Of a stretch of 64,000 nucleotides of DNA, positions 48,766 through 60,226 are shown one piece after another (position 1 is the first letter of the stretch; the number at the start of each line of letters is the position of its first letter). The stretch spans positions 2,143 through 66,142 of the forward strand of contig JAUCBJ010002736.1 of the NCBI GenBank assembly GCA_032718475.1. Direction: 5' to 3'. A model generated the notes under the pieces. That model saw only the letters and a program-made list of their open reading frames with translations, searched no databases and was not told the DNA's origin. The DNA comes from Nemertoderma westbladi (lineage: Eukaryota; Animalia; Xenacoelomorpha). The position numbers and the translations under genes were made by a program.

Positions 48766-49604
48766 TAAACGGCACAAGTTGACAACAAAGTAATCTATTT
48801 GCACTTCCATTTCCTAAACTGGCTGACTGGCAAACATCATAAAATCTGGCAGATAATAAGCACTATGTTAGGCCTCTAGTGACTCTATGTAATTACCCTA
48901 GTTAACAGTTAGTTTATTTTGTTTTCAAAATCCAAACTTTTTGCATCCATTTTTACTGTTTTTATTTTACAATTTTATCACGTCTTATTTTACGCTTAAT
49001 GTGGTAAAAGCCACTAACAAAGCGGCAAAAATTAATAGGCCATAAATACATTAATTAATTACCTTTCTGTACCCTCAGACCCTGGTATTGTCAGAATTGT
49101 ATTTTAAGTAGGCCTATAGGCCTAAAATTAATTAATAATTTTTTTGTTCGATTCCCTAGAAGAAAAATATTCACACCGTACTTTAATTTTAAACACTAAA
49201 TTTAGCAATTGATTGCTGTTTTCTGTATCTGTAATACTGCCGCTTATAAAATCCATAACATGCAAATTATTTCCTTAAATGACTTATGGTTATTCAAATG
49301 ATTAATGATTTATTACGCGTTCGTATTTTTGCTTGTTATAATGGTTACTCTGATTCAGGCCTTTGGAACACTATATGTACATAATTGTTGGTGATTATAT
49401 ATCGTTGTGATATATTTAATTATTCATTGTATGCATAAAGGCAATGGGATAATTTAATAAAAGTAATAAATACAAATAATGACGGTTTTTTCTTCCCTGT
49501 TAATTATTTTTTAACTTTGCGCGAAAATCCGCAATACTGCTAAAATTAGCAGTCTCCAATGGCTTCGTTTGCAACTAATTCAAACACTATATTATTGCCT
49601 TACA

Positions 49605-49652
49605 TTCTTCCCGCCCAATAGTTGACTGCCACGACAAGCCGGAAGTGAAATA
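49605..49652 (+). promoter_or_regulatory. Candidate promoter motifs (CCGCCCAAT, ETS site GCCGGAAGTG), possibly for the GRAMD1 gene
   Basis: GC-box/CCAAT-like motif and a consensus ETS/GABP motif in unique sequence; no TSS evidence. Confidence 0.25.
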
Positions 49653-50280
49653 AAAAATGATCAGTCGTTATATATCCAGATTGGCAAAAAGCATATAACA
49701 CATCGTGCTATATTATATCGTGCTCATATAACACATTGGCTCTTACGAAAATTAGTTCCTGAACTTGTAGCGTAGGTTCTTGCAGTTATACAATTTAGGA
49801 CTAGTTGATATCTCGTTAAAACTGGTTTGCTCTGTGGTGAATTCAAATTTCCCGTTTTAATATGCAATGGCATCGAACAGACCAGTTTATAATGTTTTCT
49901 TACACGTGCAAAAGTTTATGTAAATGGTGGTTAGGTTTAGTTTTTTGGGTAGTTAGGGTTTGTGCCGCCTCTCCTGTTCCCTGCGTGTTGTGTATTCCAA
50001 CCTATCACAGCATCACCATGTGGTGGGCAACGGGAGATTTGAATTCGCCAAAGGACAAATCGGCGCAGTGGCGGTACGCCTAATGTCGCGTTACGGAAAG
50101 TCGCGTTACGACTAATTTTCTGAGTAGCCCTACCGCGACTTTGAAAGTCGCGGTACGGCTACTCAAAAAGTCGCGTTACGGCTAATCTATTTTCTTGGTT
50201 TTGCATAGGGAATCATTATCAATATTATTCTATGATGTTTACGTACATATGAGAAAGGCTCGAAAAATTTAATGTAATAA

Positions 50281-53200
50281 TGTTTTACAGCATGGAAGTA
50301 TCCAGGGGGGGGGGGGGGGGGGGGAGATTTTAACTAAAAAAACGTAATTATTAATTATTGTATTACTATTGTTGTATTGAGTACCACAATACACAGTATC
50401 ATAGGTATATTGGTCGAAAGTATATCAAGATTTTGCCGAAATATTGCACTTTGAATTTATCTTAATAATAATCAAATCAAAAGTATCTATAACTAAAGCT
50501 CTTGAATTAGCCAGTCATCGCCCGCGTATGGCATTTGGTTCGGTGGTGGGGTGGGTTGGAATGGTTCGGCCGCGAAGGGGTGGTTCGGTGGCGGGGTGGG
50601 TTGGAATGGTTCGGTCGTGAATGGGGGTGGGTTGGGTAGAAATCGTAACGCGACTTTGAAAGTCGGGGTACGGCTAATCTATTGTCTTGGTTCTACATAG
50701 GGAATCATATTCAATATTATTCTATGGTGTTTACGTACAGATAAGGTCCGAAAAATGTAATGTAATAATGTGGGGGGGGGGGGGGGGGGGGTTGGGGGGT
50801 TATCTATAAAAATTAATTTTATAATTACTGTATTATTATTTGTGTATTGAGTACCACAGTACCATAGGCATAGGTGTAGCGGAATACATGAATATGGGTG
50901 GGTCGAAAGTATATCAGTATATTGCCGAAATATTGCGCTTTGAAGTTATAATTATAAAAATCAAAAGTATCTAAAATTATAGCTCTGGAATTAGCCAGTC
51001 ATCGGCCGCGTATGGCATTTGATTCGGTGGTGGGCTGTCTATTTATGGTTCGGTCGCGAAAGGGTGGTTCTGTGGTGGGTTGTGTATGAATGCGAATGGT
51101 TCGGCCGCGAAGGGGTGGTTGCGTGGTTCGATGGTGGGGTGGGTTGGAATGGTTCGGCCGCGAAGGGGTTGTTCGGGGGTGGGTTGTGTATGAATGGTGT
51201 CGGCCGCGAAGGGGTGGTTCGGGGGTGGTTTGTGTATGAATGGTTCGGCCGCGAAGGGGTGGTTCGGGGTGGGGTGGGTTGGAATGGTTCGGCCGCGAAA
51301 GGGTGGTTCGGGGTGGGTTGTGTATGAATGGTTCGGCCGCGAAGGGGTGGTTCGGGGTGGGGTGTGTTGGAATGGTTCGGCCGAGAAGTAGTGGTTCGGT
51401 GGTGGGGTGGGTTGGAATGGTTCGGCCGAGAAGTAGTGGTTCGGTGGTGGGGTGGGTTGGAATGGTTCGGCCGCGAAGGGGTGGTTCGGTGGTGGGGTGG
51501 GTTGGAATGGTTCGGCCGCGAAGGGGTTGTTCGGGGGTGGTTTGTGTATGAATGGTTCGGCCGCGAAGGGGTGGTTCGGGGTGGGGTGGGTTGGAATGGT
51601 TCGGCCGCGAAGGGGTGGTTCGGGGTGGGTTGTGTATGAATGGTTCGGCCGCGAAGGGGTGGTTCGGGGTGGGGTGTGTTGGAATGGTTCGGCCGAGAAG
51701 TAGTGGTTCGGTGGTGGGGTGGGTTGGAATGGTTCGGCCGCGAAGGGGTGGTTCGGTGGTGGGGTGGGTTGGAATGGTTCGGCCGCGAAGGGGTGGTTCG
51801 GGGGTGGGTTGTGTATGAATGGTTCGGCCGTGAAGGGGTGGTTCGGTGGTGGGGTGGGTTGGAATGGTTCGGCCGCGAAGTGGTGGTTCGGTGGTGGGTT
51901 GGAATGGTTCGGCCGCGAAAGGGTGGTTCGGTGGTGTGGTGGGTTGTGTATTCGAATGGTTTCGGCCGCAAAGAGGTGGTTGCATGGTTCGATGGTGGGA
52001 TGGGTTGTAATGGTTCGGCCGCGAAGGGGTTGTTCGGGGGTGGGTTGTGTATGAATGGTTCGGCCGCGAAGGGGTGGTTCGGGGGTGGTGTGGGTTGGAA
52101 TGGTTCGGCCGCGAAGGGGTGGTTCGGTGGTGGGTTGGGTTGGAATGCTTCGGCCGCGAAGGGGTGGTTCGGGCGTGGGTTGTGTATGAATGGTTTCGGC
52201 CGCGAAGGGGTGGTTGCGTGGTTCGGTGGTGGGGTGGGTTGGAATGGTTCGGCCGCGAAGGGGTTGTTCGGGGGTGGGTTGTGTATGAATGGTTCGGCCG
52301 CGAAGGGGTGTTTCGGGGGTGGGTTGGAATGGTTCGGTAGATGGTTGGTTGGAATTGTTCGGCCGCGAAGTGGTGGTTCGGTGGTGGGGTGGGTTGAAAT
52401 GGTTCGGCCGCGAAGGGGTGGTTCGGTGGTGGGTGGGTTGGAATGGTTCGGCCGCAAAGGGGTGGTTCGGGGGTGGGTTGTATATGAATGGTTCGGCCGC
52501 GAAGGGGTAGTTCGGGGGTGGGGAGGGTTGGAATGGTTCGGCCGCGAAGGGGTGGTTCACTACACCAACATGCCAGTCGGGATCACCACCCACTCCCAAT
52601 GCAGCTGGACCTTCAACTTTATTGGGGAATGACAAAATGAAAGTAAATTCAAATCTGATGTTTTACAGCATGGAAGTATCCAGGGGGGGGGGGGGATTTT
52701 AACTAAAAAAACGTAATTATTAATTATTGTATTACTATTGTTGTATTGAGTACCACAATACACAGTATCATAGGTATATTGGTCGAAAGTATATCAAGAT
52801 TTTGCCGAAATATTGCACTTTGAATTTATCTTAATAATAATCAAATCAAAAGTATCTAAAACTAAAGCTCTTGAATTAGCCAGTCATCGCCCGCGTATGG
52901 CATTTGGTTCGGTGGTGGGGTGGGTTGGAATGGTTCGGCCGCGAAGGGGTGGTTCGGTGGCGGGGTGGGTTGGAATGGTTCGGTCGTGAATGGGGGTGGG
53001 TTGGGTAGAAATTGTAACGCGACTTTGAAAGTCGGGGTACGGCTAATCTATTGTCTTGGTTCTACATAGGGAATCATATTCAATATTATTCTATGGTGTT
53101 TACGTACAGATAAGGTCCGAAAAATGTAATGTAATAATGTGGGGGGGGGGGGGGGGGGGGGGTTGGGGGGTTATCTATAAAAATTAATTTTATAATTACT

Positions 53201-54896
53201 GTATTATTATTTGTGTATTGAGTACCACAGTACCATAGGCATAGGTGTAGCGGAATACATGAATATGGGTGGGTCGAAAGTATATCAGTATATTGCCGAA
53301 ATATTGCGCTTTGAAGTTATAATTATAAAAATCAAAAGTATCTAAAATTATAGCTCTGGAATTAGCCAGTCATCGGCCGCGTATGGCATTTGATTCGGTG
53401 GTGGGCTGTCTATTTATGGTTCGGTCGCGAAAGGGTGGTTCGGTGGTGGGTTGTGTATGAATGCGAATGGTTCGGCCGCGAAGGGGTGGTTGCGTGGTTC
53501 GATGGTGGGGTGGGTTGGAATGGTTCGGCCGCGAAGGGGTTGTTCGGGGGTGGGTTGTGTATGAATGGTGTCGGCCGCGAAGGGGTGGTTCGGGGGTGGT
53601 TTGTGTATGAATGGTTCGGCCGCGAAGGGGTGGTTCGGGGTGGGGTGGGTTGGAATGGTTCGGCCGCGAAAGGGTGGTTCGGGGTGGGTTGTGTATGAAT
53701 GGTTCGGCCGCGAAGGGGTGGTTCGGGGTGGGGTGTGTTGGAATGGTTCGGCCGAGAAGTAGTGGTTCGGTGGTGGGGTGGGTTGGAATGGTTCGGCCGA
53801 GAAGTAGTGGTTCGGTGGTGGGGTGGGTTGGAATGGTTCGGCCGCGAAGGGGTGGTTCGGTGGTGGGGTGGGTTGGAATGGTTCGGCCGCGAAGGGGTGG
53901 TTCGGGGTGGGGTGTGTTGGAATGGTTCGGCCGCGAAGGGGTGGTTCGGTGGTGGGGTGGGTTGGAATGGTTCGGCCGCGAAGGGGTGGTTCGGTGGTGG
54001 GGTGGGTTGGAATGGTTCGGCCGCGAAGGGGTGGTTCGGGGGTGGGTTGTGTATGAATGGTTCGGCCGTGAAGGGGTGGTTCGGTGGTGGGGTGGGTTGG
54101 AATGGTTCGGCCGCGAAGTGGTGGTTCGGTGGTGGGTTGGAATGGTTCGGCCGCGAAAGGGTGGTTCGGTGGTGTGGTGGGTTGTGTATTCGAATGGTTT
54201 CGGCCGCAAAGAGGTGGTTGCGTGGTTCGATGGTGGGATGGGTTGTAATGGTTCGGCCGCGAAGGGGTTGTTCGGGGGTGGGTTGTGTATGAATGGTTCG
54301 GCCGCGAAGGGGTGGTTCGGGGGTGGTGTGGGTTGGAATGGTTCGGCCGCGAAGGGGTGGTTCGGTGGTGGGTTGGGTTGGAATGCTTCGGCCGCGAAGG
54401 GGTGGTTCGGGCGTGGGTTGTGTATGAATGGTTTCGGCCGCGAAGGGGTGGTTGCGTGGTTCGGTGGTGGGGTGGGTTGGAATGGTTCGGCCGCGAAGGG
54501 GTTGTTCGGGGGTGGGTTGTGTATGAATGGTTCGGCCGCGAAGGGGTGTTTCGGGGGTGGGTTGGAATGGTTCGGTAGATGGTTGGTTGGAATTGTTCGG
54601 CCGCGAAGTGGTGGTTCGGTGGTGGGGTGGGTTGAAATGGTTCGGCCGCGAAGGGGTGGTTCGGTGGTGGGTGGGTTGGAATGGTTCGGCCGCGAAGGGG
54701 TGGTTCGGGGGTGGGTTGTATATGAATGGTTCGGCCGCGAAGGGGTAGTTCGGGGGTGGGGAGGGTTGGAATGGTTCGGCCGCGAAGGGGTGGTTCACTA
54801 CACCAACATGCCAGTCGGGATCACCACCCACTCCCAATGCAGCTGGACCTTCAACTTTATTGGGGAATGACAAAATGAAAGTAAATTCAAATCTGA
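50281..54896. repeat. Tandem duplication of a unit of about 2.3 kb (50281-52658, 52659-54896) containing a G-rich minisatellite of about 45 bp
   Basis: Both copies start TGTTTTACAGCATGGAAGTATCC and end GTAAATTCAAATCTGA. Internal arrays have the unit GAATGGTTCGGCCGCGAAGGGGTGGTTCGGTGGTGGGGTGGGTTG. Confidence 0.92.
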
Positions 54897-55307
54897 CCGT
54901 AATCCGTATCTGTGTTTGCGACTGTAACTAAGGATGTACCGGTACTCCACATAATATATTGCATGTGAGCTGTGAGGTCCATTTTTTACTCTCTAGTCTA
55001 GATATTTTTCAATATAACCATTACAAATTAACGAAAGGAGCAGTGGCAGGTTTACAGTGGCAGGTTTGCAGTTGCACGCATCAGCTGTTATTTGCGGTAT
55101 TTTTCACCTGGAGAGCGATTAATTTTGATCGCGACCACACTATCTGATTGACTGGATTGACCGCTGGGCCAATTGCAAGGGCCCTTCGTCCATTCGGGAG
55201 TCTTATAAATATGGGTTACAGATAGTTCCGGTTACAAAACAGTTTTTATCTGGGTACAGTAGGTCCACTATAGTATTTATACTAGGTTGTCATTCTTGTA
55301 ACAATAG

Positions 55308-55368
55308 AGGAATGACAAATATTACCCCCACTCCTTGAGCCCCCAAAATCTCTCATATCCCAGTTTAT
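55308..55368 (+). CDS. Possible upstream GRAMD1 exon
   Basis: TAG| RNDKYYPHSLSPQNLSYPSL T|GTAAGT; the phase 1 end fits the 56225 acceptor. No homology support. Confidence 0.3.
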
Positions 55369-56224
55369 GTAAGTAACCTATATCGTCGTTACAACATGTG
55401 ACGCCACTCAGAACTTCCACACGCTGGCTTGCGAATAATATTCGGTGACATCAAAAAGGTCCCATACTCATTAAACATTTATCCTATTTAATGTGGATCG
55501 GTTTGATGAAGGTCGATCTTCCCTCCAACAAGAGGCGCATACTTTATTAGGTGGGGAGACATCCGCCTTATAATTAGTCAAAATGGTTAAAAAACGGAAG
55601 ACGCCCATTCCCATTATTACAATAACAAGCCGTGAGTATCCACACTGGTATAATAAGAGGCCGTCTTTCCTGACAACCATTTCGTTGTTTAATTACGACA
55701 AGTCGACTAATATTTATAATATAATTTGTTTTACTCACTGCAATTCTAAATCACACGAACTATTTAATTTTAATAATTATTCTACTTATTCTCTTTGTGT
55801 CATTTGTTATTAAATTTATGTCTTATCATTATGTAGGGGTATGGAATGTCAATAAGTTGGTAATGTATACCAGCCTTTTTTACTTTTATTTATTGGTACA
55901 ATCTAAATAAAAAACGAACAACGGTACATTATCTATGTCGCCCCACATCGGTTCCCCACCGGCTTCTGATACATTACCGACCTCAGATGATTTTCTCATC
56001 TGATTTTATTCAACACCAATACGCTGATACCAAATATCGAAACTGTTTTTTAATTCACCCAACCGTTAAAAATTGGTGAAACTTTAAATTTACGTTGTAT
56101 TGATGGATAACACATTACTCACATTACAGTTAGTACATACGGTACCGTTGTACGTACACATGTACCGATTGTACATATGTATGTTAATAATTCTAGAATT
56201 ATTAACATTATTTATTTGTTTTAG

Positions 56225-57353
56225 CCGTTAGCGACGATGCTCTGTCTGCCACCGAACCGGTAAGTAACTGCTTCTCAGTGGCGCCATCTAGCGGAAATGT
56301 TCAGAGTAATTCCACCCCAACCATCGACTCGGATGACGTCACTTATCCGCTAGCAACCACCCCGGCGGACGGGTCCCACAACCGTAACCTAGCAACCACT
56401 CCTACCGACGGCTCCCGTAACCTAGCAACGACCCCGACGCCCGGTACGTCGACGCCGCCCAGGGGTTTCCGTCGCCACGCCCACAGTGTTGGTGCCCTAA
56501 TGAATCTGGGCGTTACGACCAACAACGCCCTAACGAACCTAGTGGGCGCCAGTCCCGACGAATCGCCCCCGAGTAGGGCCCACGCGGCGTCCACACCCAA
56601 GTTCCCGGATGATTCCCGGTACAGCGACAAGAGTCTGCTATCCCCGGACAGCGAACCGCGTCCGCGCGGACAGCAGCGGAGTCGGACTGTCAGCTGGACC
56701 GACGTTCTCTCCCACACTTACCGCTCCCGCTCCGAAACATTCAGGAAAGTATTCAGGAAGGACGCGGATAAATGCCTCGAGAAGGACGAGAGATTGCTCT
56801 CCGATTACTCGTGCGCGCTGCAGAAAGATATCCTGGTACAAGGCCGAATGTACACGTCGCAGTACTACATCTCTTTCTATTCGAAGATTTTCGCTTTCGA
56901 AACGGCAATCCGTATAAAATTAAGGGATGTTGTTTCTATAACGAAGGAGCGAACCGCTAAAGTGATTCCCAACGCGATACAGATTTGTACGACTAACGAT
57001 AAGTATTTCTTTACGTCGTTCACCAGTCGCGATAAGGGTTACACAATGCTGTTCCGTTTGTGGCAGAACTGTTTGTTGGAGTTGCCGACGACGGAGCACA
57101 ACCTCTGGGAAATCGTGCGACACAACTACACGTCGCGTCGCACCGCGTTGACGCCGACTAGTGCGACGGAGCCGGGGGTGGGGGCGTCGGATGAGTCTGT
57201 GGGGGCGGACGAGAGCGACGGGGGCGGGAGTGGAGTTGGGGGCGAGGAGGGACCCAGTAGTGACCCCGGGTTACTGCTCAACGCCGCGGATAAGGGCAGT
57301 TGCGATGGAGACACCAGCGAGACTCACACCGTCGGGGTTACCGATACGTCAAG
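56225..57353 (+). CDS. GRAMD1: GRAMD1/Aster-like sterol transporter, GRAM-domain exon
   Basis: TTTTAG| acceptor. TYRSRSETFRKVF..ERLLSDYSCALQKDILVQGRMY..FYSKIF..KERTAKVIPNAIQICT..KYFFTSFTSRDKGYTMLFRLWQN is the GRAMD1 GRAM domain. Donor AAG|GTCAGT. Confidence 0.9.
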
Positions 57354-57576
57354 GTCAGTGAACGAATCCTACGATTCGTTACAATTACCTAATGCTTCCT
57401 TGGTAACACTTACTAACCCATACTGTATAGCGTCTACGTCTACTGATATGTTCTATTGTAGAAATAGAATATATTTAGAGAGTCTTGTTGTTGTTTATGT
57501 TTAGTATGGATGGATCGATTGTTAATTATCAGACACGGTTAATTGTTTATTTATCCTATCCATTTCTTTATTTCAG

Positions 57577-57810
57577 GACTGATAAACCGCCCACTCAGAT
57601 ATTATTCAACGATCTGGACGAAACGATTAACGAGACCCACGAGACAGCTGCTGACACTTCCGACGCTGAGGATGAGGTTGTATGTCCCTGCGAAAAACAC
57701 TACAAACCCCTACTCAATCTCGTTCTACCTATGAGTGTCGATAATCTGTGGACTTTGTTGTTCGCTGCCGAATCCAATTTCTATAAAACATTCCTTTTTG
57801 AGTTTGGAAA
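57577..57810 (+). CDS. GRAMD1: GRAMD1 exon, start of VASt/ASTER domain; gene continues beyond window
   Basis: TTTCAG| acceptor, phase 2. Encodes DEVVCPCEKHYKPLLNLVLPMSVDNLWTLLFAAESNF. Donor AA|GTAAGT. Confidence 0.85.
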
Positions 57811-57974
57811 GTAAGTTGGATTGCATGCAAGTTATTCAGCAACAACTATTTTATTAAAGTGATAAAACCTTTCAGATGATTACAATTCTTATCTCAATTT
57901 ACGTTACGCGGCATGTAAACCAAATCTTGCTGATTCATTCTGAGAATGCGTCACGATGACAGTTCTGACATTCC

Positions 57975-60226
57975 CCAGTCATATAGAGCAGACACACCAT
58001 ACATTGTATGATAACACACAATCCCCCAGACACACCTACACTGTATGCTAACAGTCCCAGTCATACAGTCCCCCAGACACACCTACACTGTATGCTAACA
58101 GACTCAGTCATACAGTCCCCCAGACACACCTACACTGTATGGTAACAGACTCAGTGATACAGTCCCCCAGACACACCTACACTGTATGCTAACAGATTCA
58201 GTCATACAGTCTCCCAGACACACCTACACTGTATGCTAACAGACTCAGTCATACAGTCCCCCAGACACACCTACACTGTATGCTAACAGACTCAGTCATA
58301 CAGTCCCCCAGACACACCTACACTGTATGCTAACAGATTCAGTCATACAGTCCCCCAGACACACCTACACTGTATGCTAACAGACTCAGTCATACAGTCC
58401 CCCAGACACACCTACACTGTATGGTAACAGACTCAGTCATACAGTCCCCCGACACATCTACACTGTATGCTAACATTCTCAGCCATACAGTCTCCCAGAC
58501 ACACCTACACTGTATGCTAACAGACTCAGTCATACAGTCCCCCAGACAAACCTACACTGTATGCTAACAGACTCAGTCATACAGTCCCCCAGACAAACCT
58601 ACACTGTATGGTAACAGACTCAGTCATACAGTCCCCCAGACACACCTACACTGTATGCTAACAGACTCAGTCATACAGTCCCCCAGACACACCTACACTG
58701 TATGCTAACAGACTCAGTCATACAGTCCCCCAGACACACCTACACTGTATGCTAACAGACTCAGTCATACAGTCCCCCATATAGACTCACCATACACTGT
58801 GTATGGCAACAGTCTAGTCATACAGTCCCCCAGACACACCTACACTGTATGCTAACAGACTCAGTCATACAGTCCCCCAGACAAACCTACACTGTATGCT
58901 AACAGATCCAGTCATACAGTCCCCCAGACACACCTACACTGTATGCTAACAGACTCCGTCATACAGTCCCCCAGACACACCTACACTGTATGCTAACAGA
59001 CTCAGTCATACAGTCCCCCAGACACACCTACACTGTATGCTAACAGACTCCGTCATACAGTCCCCCAGACACACCTACACTGTATGGTAACAGACTCAGT
59101 CATACAGTCCCCCAGACACACCTACACTGTATGGTAACAGACTCAGTCATACAGTCCCCCATATAGACTCACCATACACTGTGTATTGCAACAGTCTAGT
59201 CATACAGTCTCCCAGACACACCTACACTGTATGCTAACAGACTCAGTCATACAGTCCCCCAGACACATCTACACTGTATGCTAACAGACTCAGTCATACA
59301 GTCTCCCAGACACACCTACACTGTATGCTAACAGACTCAGTCATACAGTCCCCCATATAGACTCACAATACACTGTGTATGGCAACAGTCTAGTCATACC
59401 GTCTCCCAGACACACCTACGCTGTATGCTAACAGTCTCAGTCATACAGTCCCCCAGACAAACCTACACTGTATGCTAACAGACTCAGTCATACAGTCCCC
59501 CAGACACACCTACACTGTATGCTAACAGTCCCAGTCATACAGTCCCCCATATAGACTCACAATACACTGTGTATGGCAACAGTCTAGTCATACCGTCTCC
59601 CAGACACACCTACGCTGTATGCTAACAGTCTCAGTCATACAGTCCCCCAGACAAACCTACACTGTATGCTAACAGACTCAGTCATACAGTCCCCCAGACA
59701 CACCTACACTGTATGCTAACAGTCCCAGTCATACAGTCCCCCATATAGACTCACAATACACTGTGTATGGCAACAGTCTAGTCATACCGTCTCCCAGACA
59801 CACCTACGCTGTATGCTAACAGTCTCAGTCATACAGTCCCCCAGACAAACCTACACTGTATGCTAACAGACTCAGTCATACAGTCCCCCAGACACATCTA
59901 CACTGTATGCTAACAGACTCAGTCATACAGTCCCCCAGACACATCTACACTGTATGCTAACAGACTCAGTCATACAGTCCCCCATATAGACTCACAATAC
60001 ACTGTGTATGGCAACAGTCTAGTCATACCGTCTCCCAGACACACCTACGCTGTATGCTAACAGTCTCAGTCATACAGTCCCCCAGACAAACCTACACTGT
60101 ATGCTAACAGACTCAGTCATACAGTCCCCCAGACACACCTACACTGTATGCTAACAGTCCCAGTCATACAGTCCCCCATATAGACTCACCACACACTGTG
60201 TATTGCAACAGTCTAGTCATACCGTC
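57975..60226. repeat. 47-bp intronic minisatellite with higher-order structure
   Basis: Unit CAGTCATACAGTCCCCCAGACACACCTACACTGTATGCTAACAGACT, about 45 copies. A long variant (CCCCATATAGACTCAC..) recurs at about 59355, 59548, 59742, 59983 and 60177. Confidence 0.93.

Noticed and set aside
4811-53170. Long poly-G/poly-C tracts (e.g. near 4815, 17170, 23810, 26320, 50305, 50772) as functional elements
   Set aside because: Homopolymer lengths are unreliable and differ between duplicated copies; they may also cause some apparent frameshifts.
50999-54873. Pro/His-rich and Gly/Trp-rich ORFs
   Set aside because: They arise in many frames from the G-rich minisatellite and show no domain signal.
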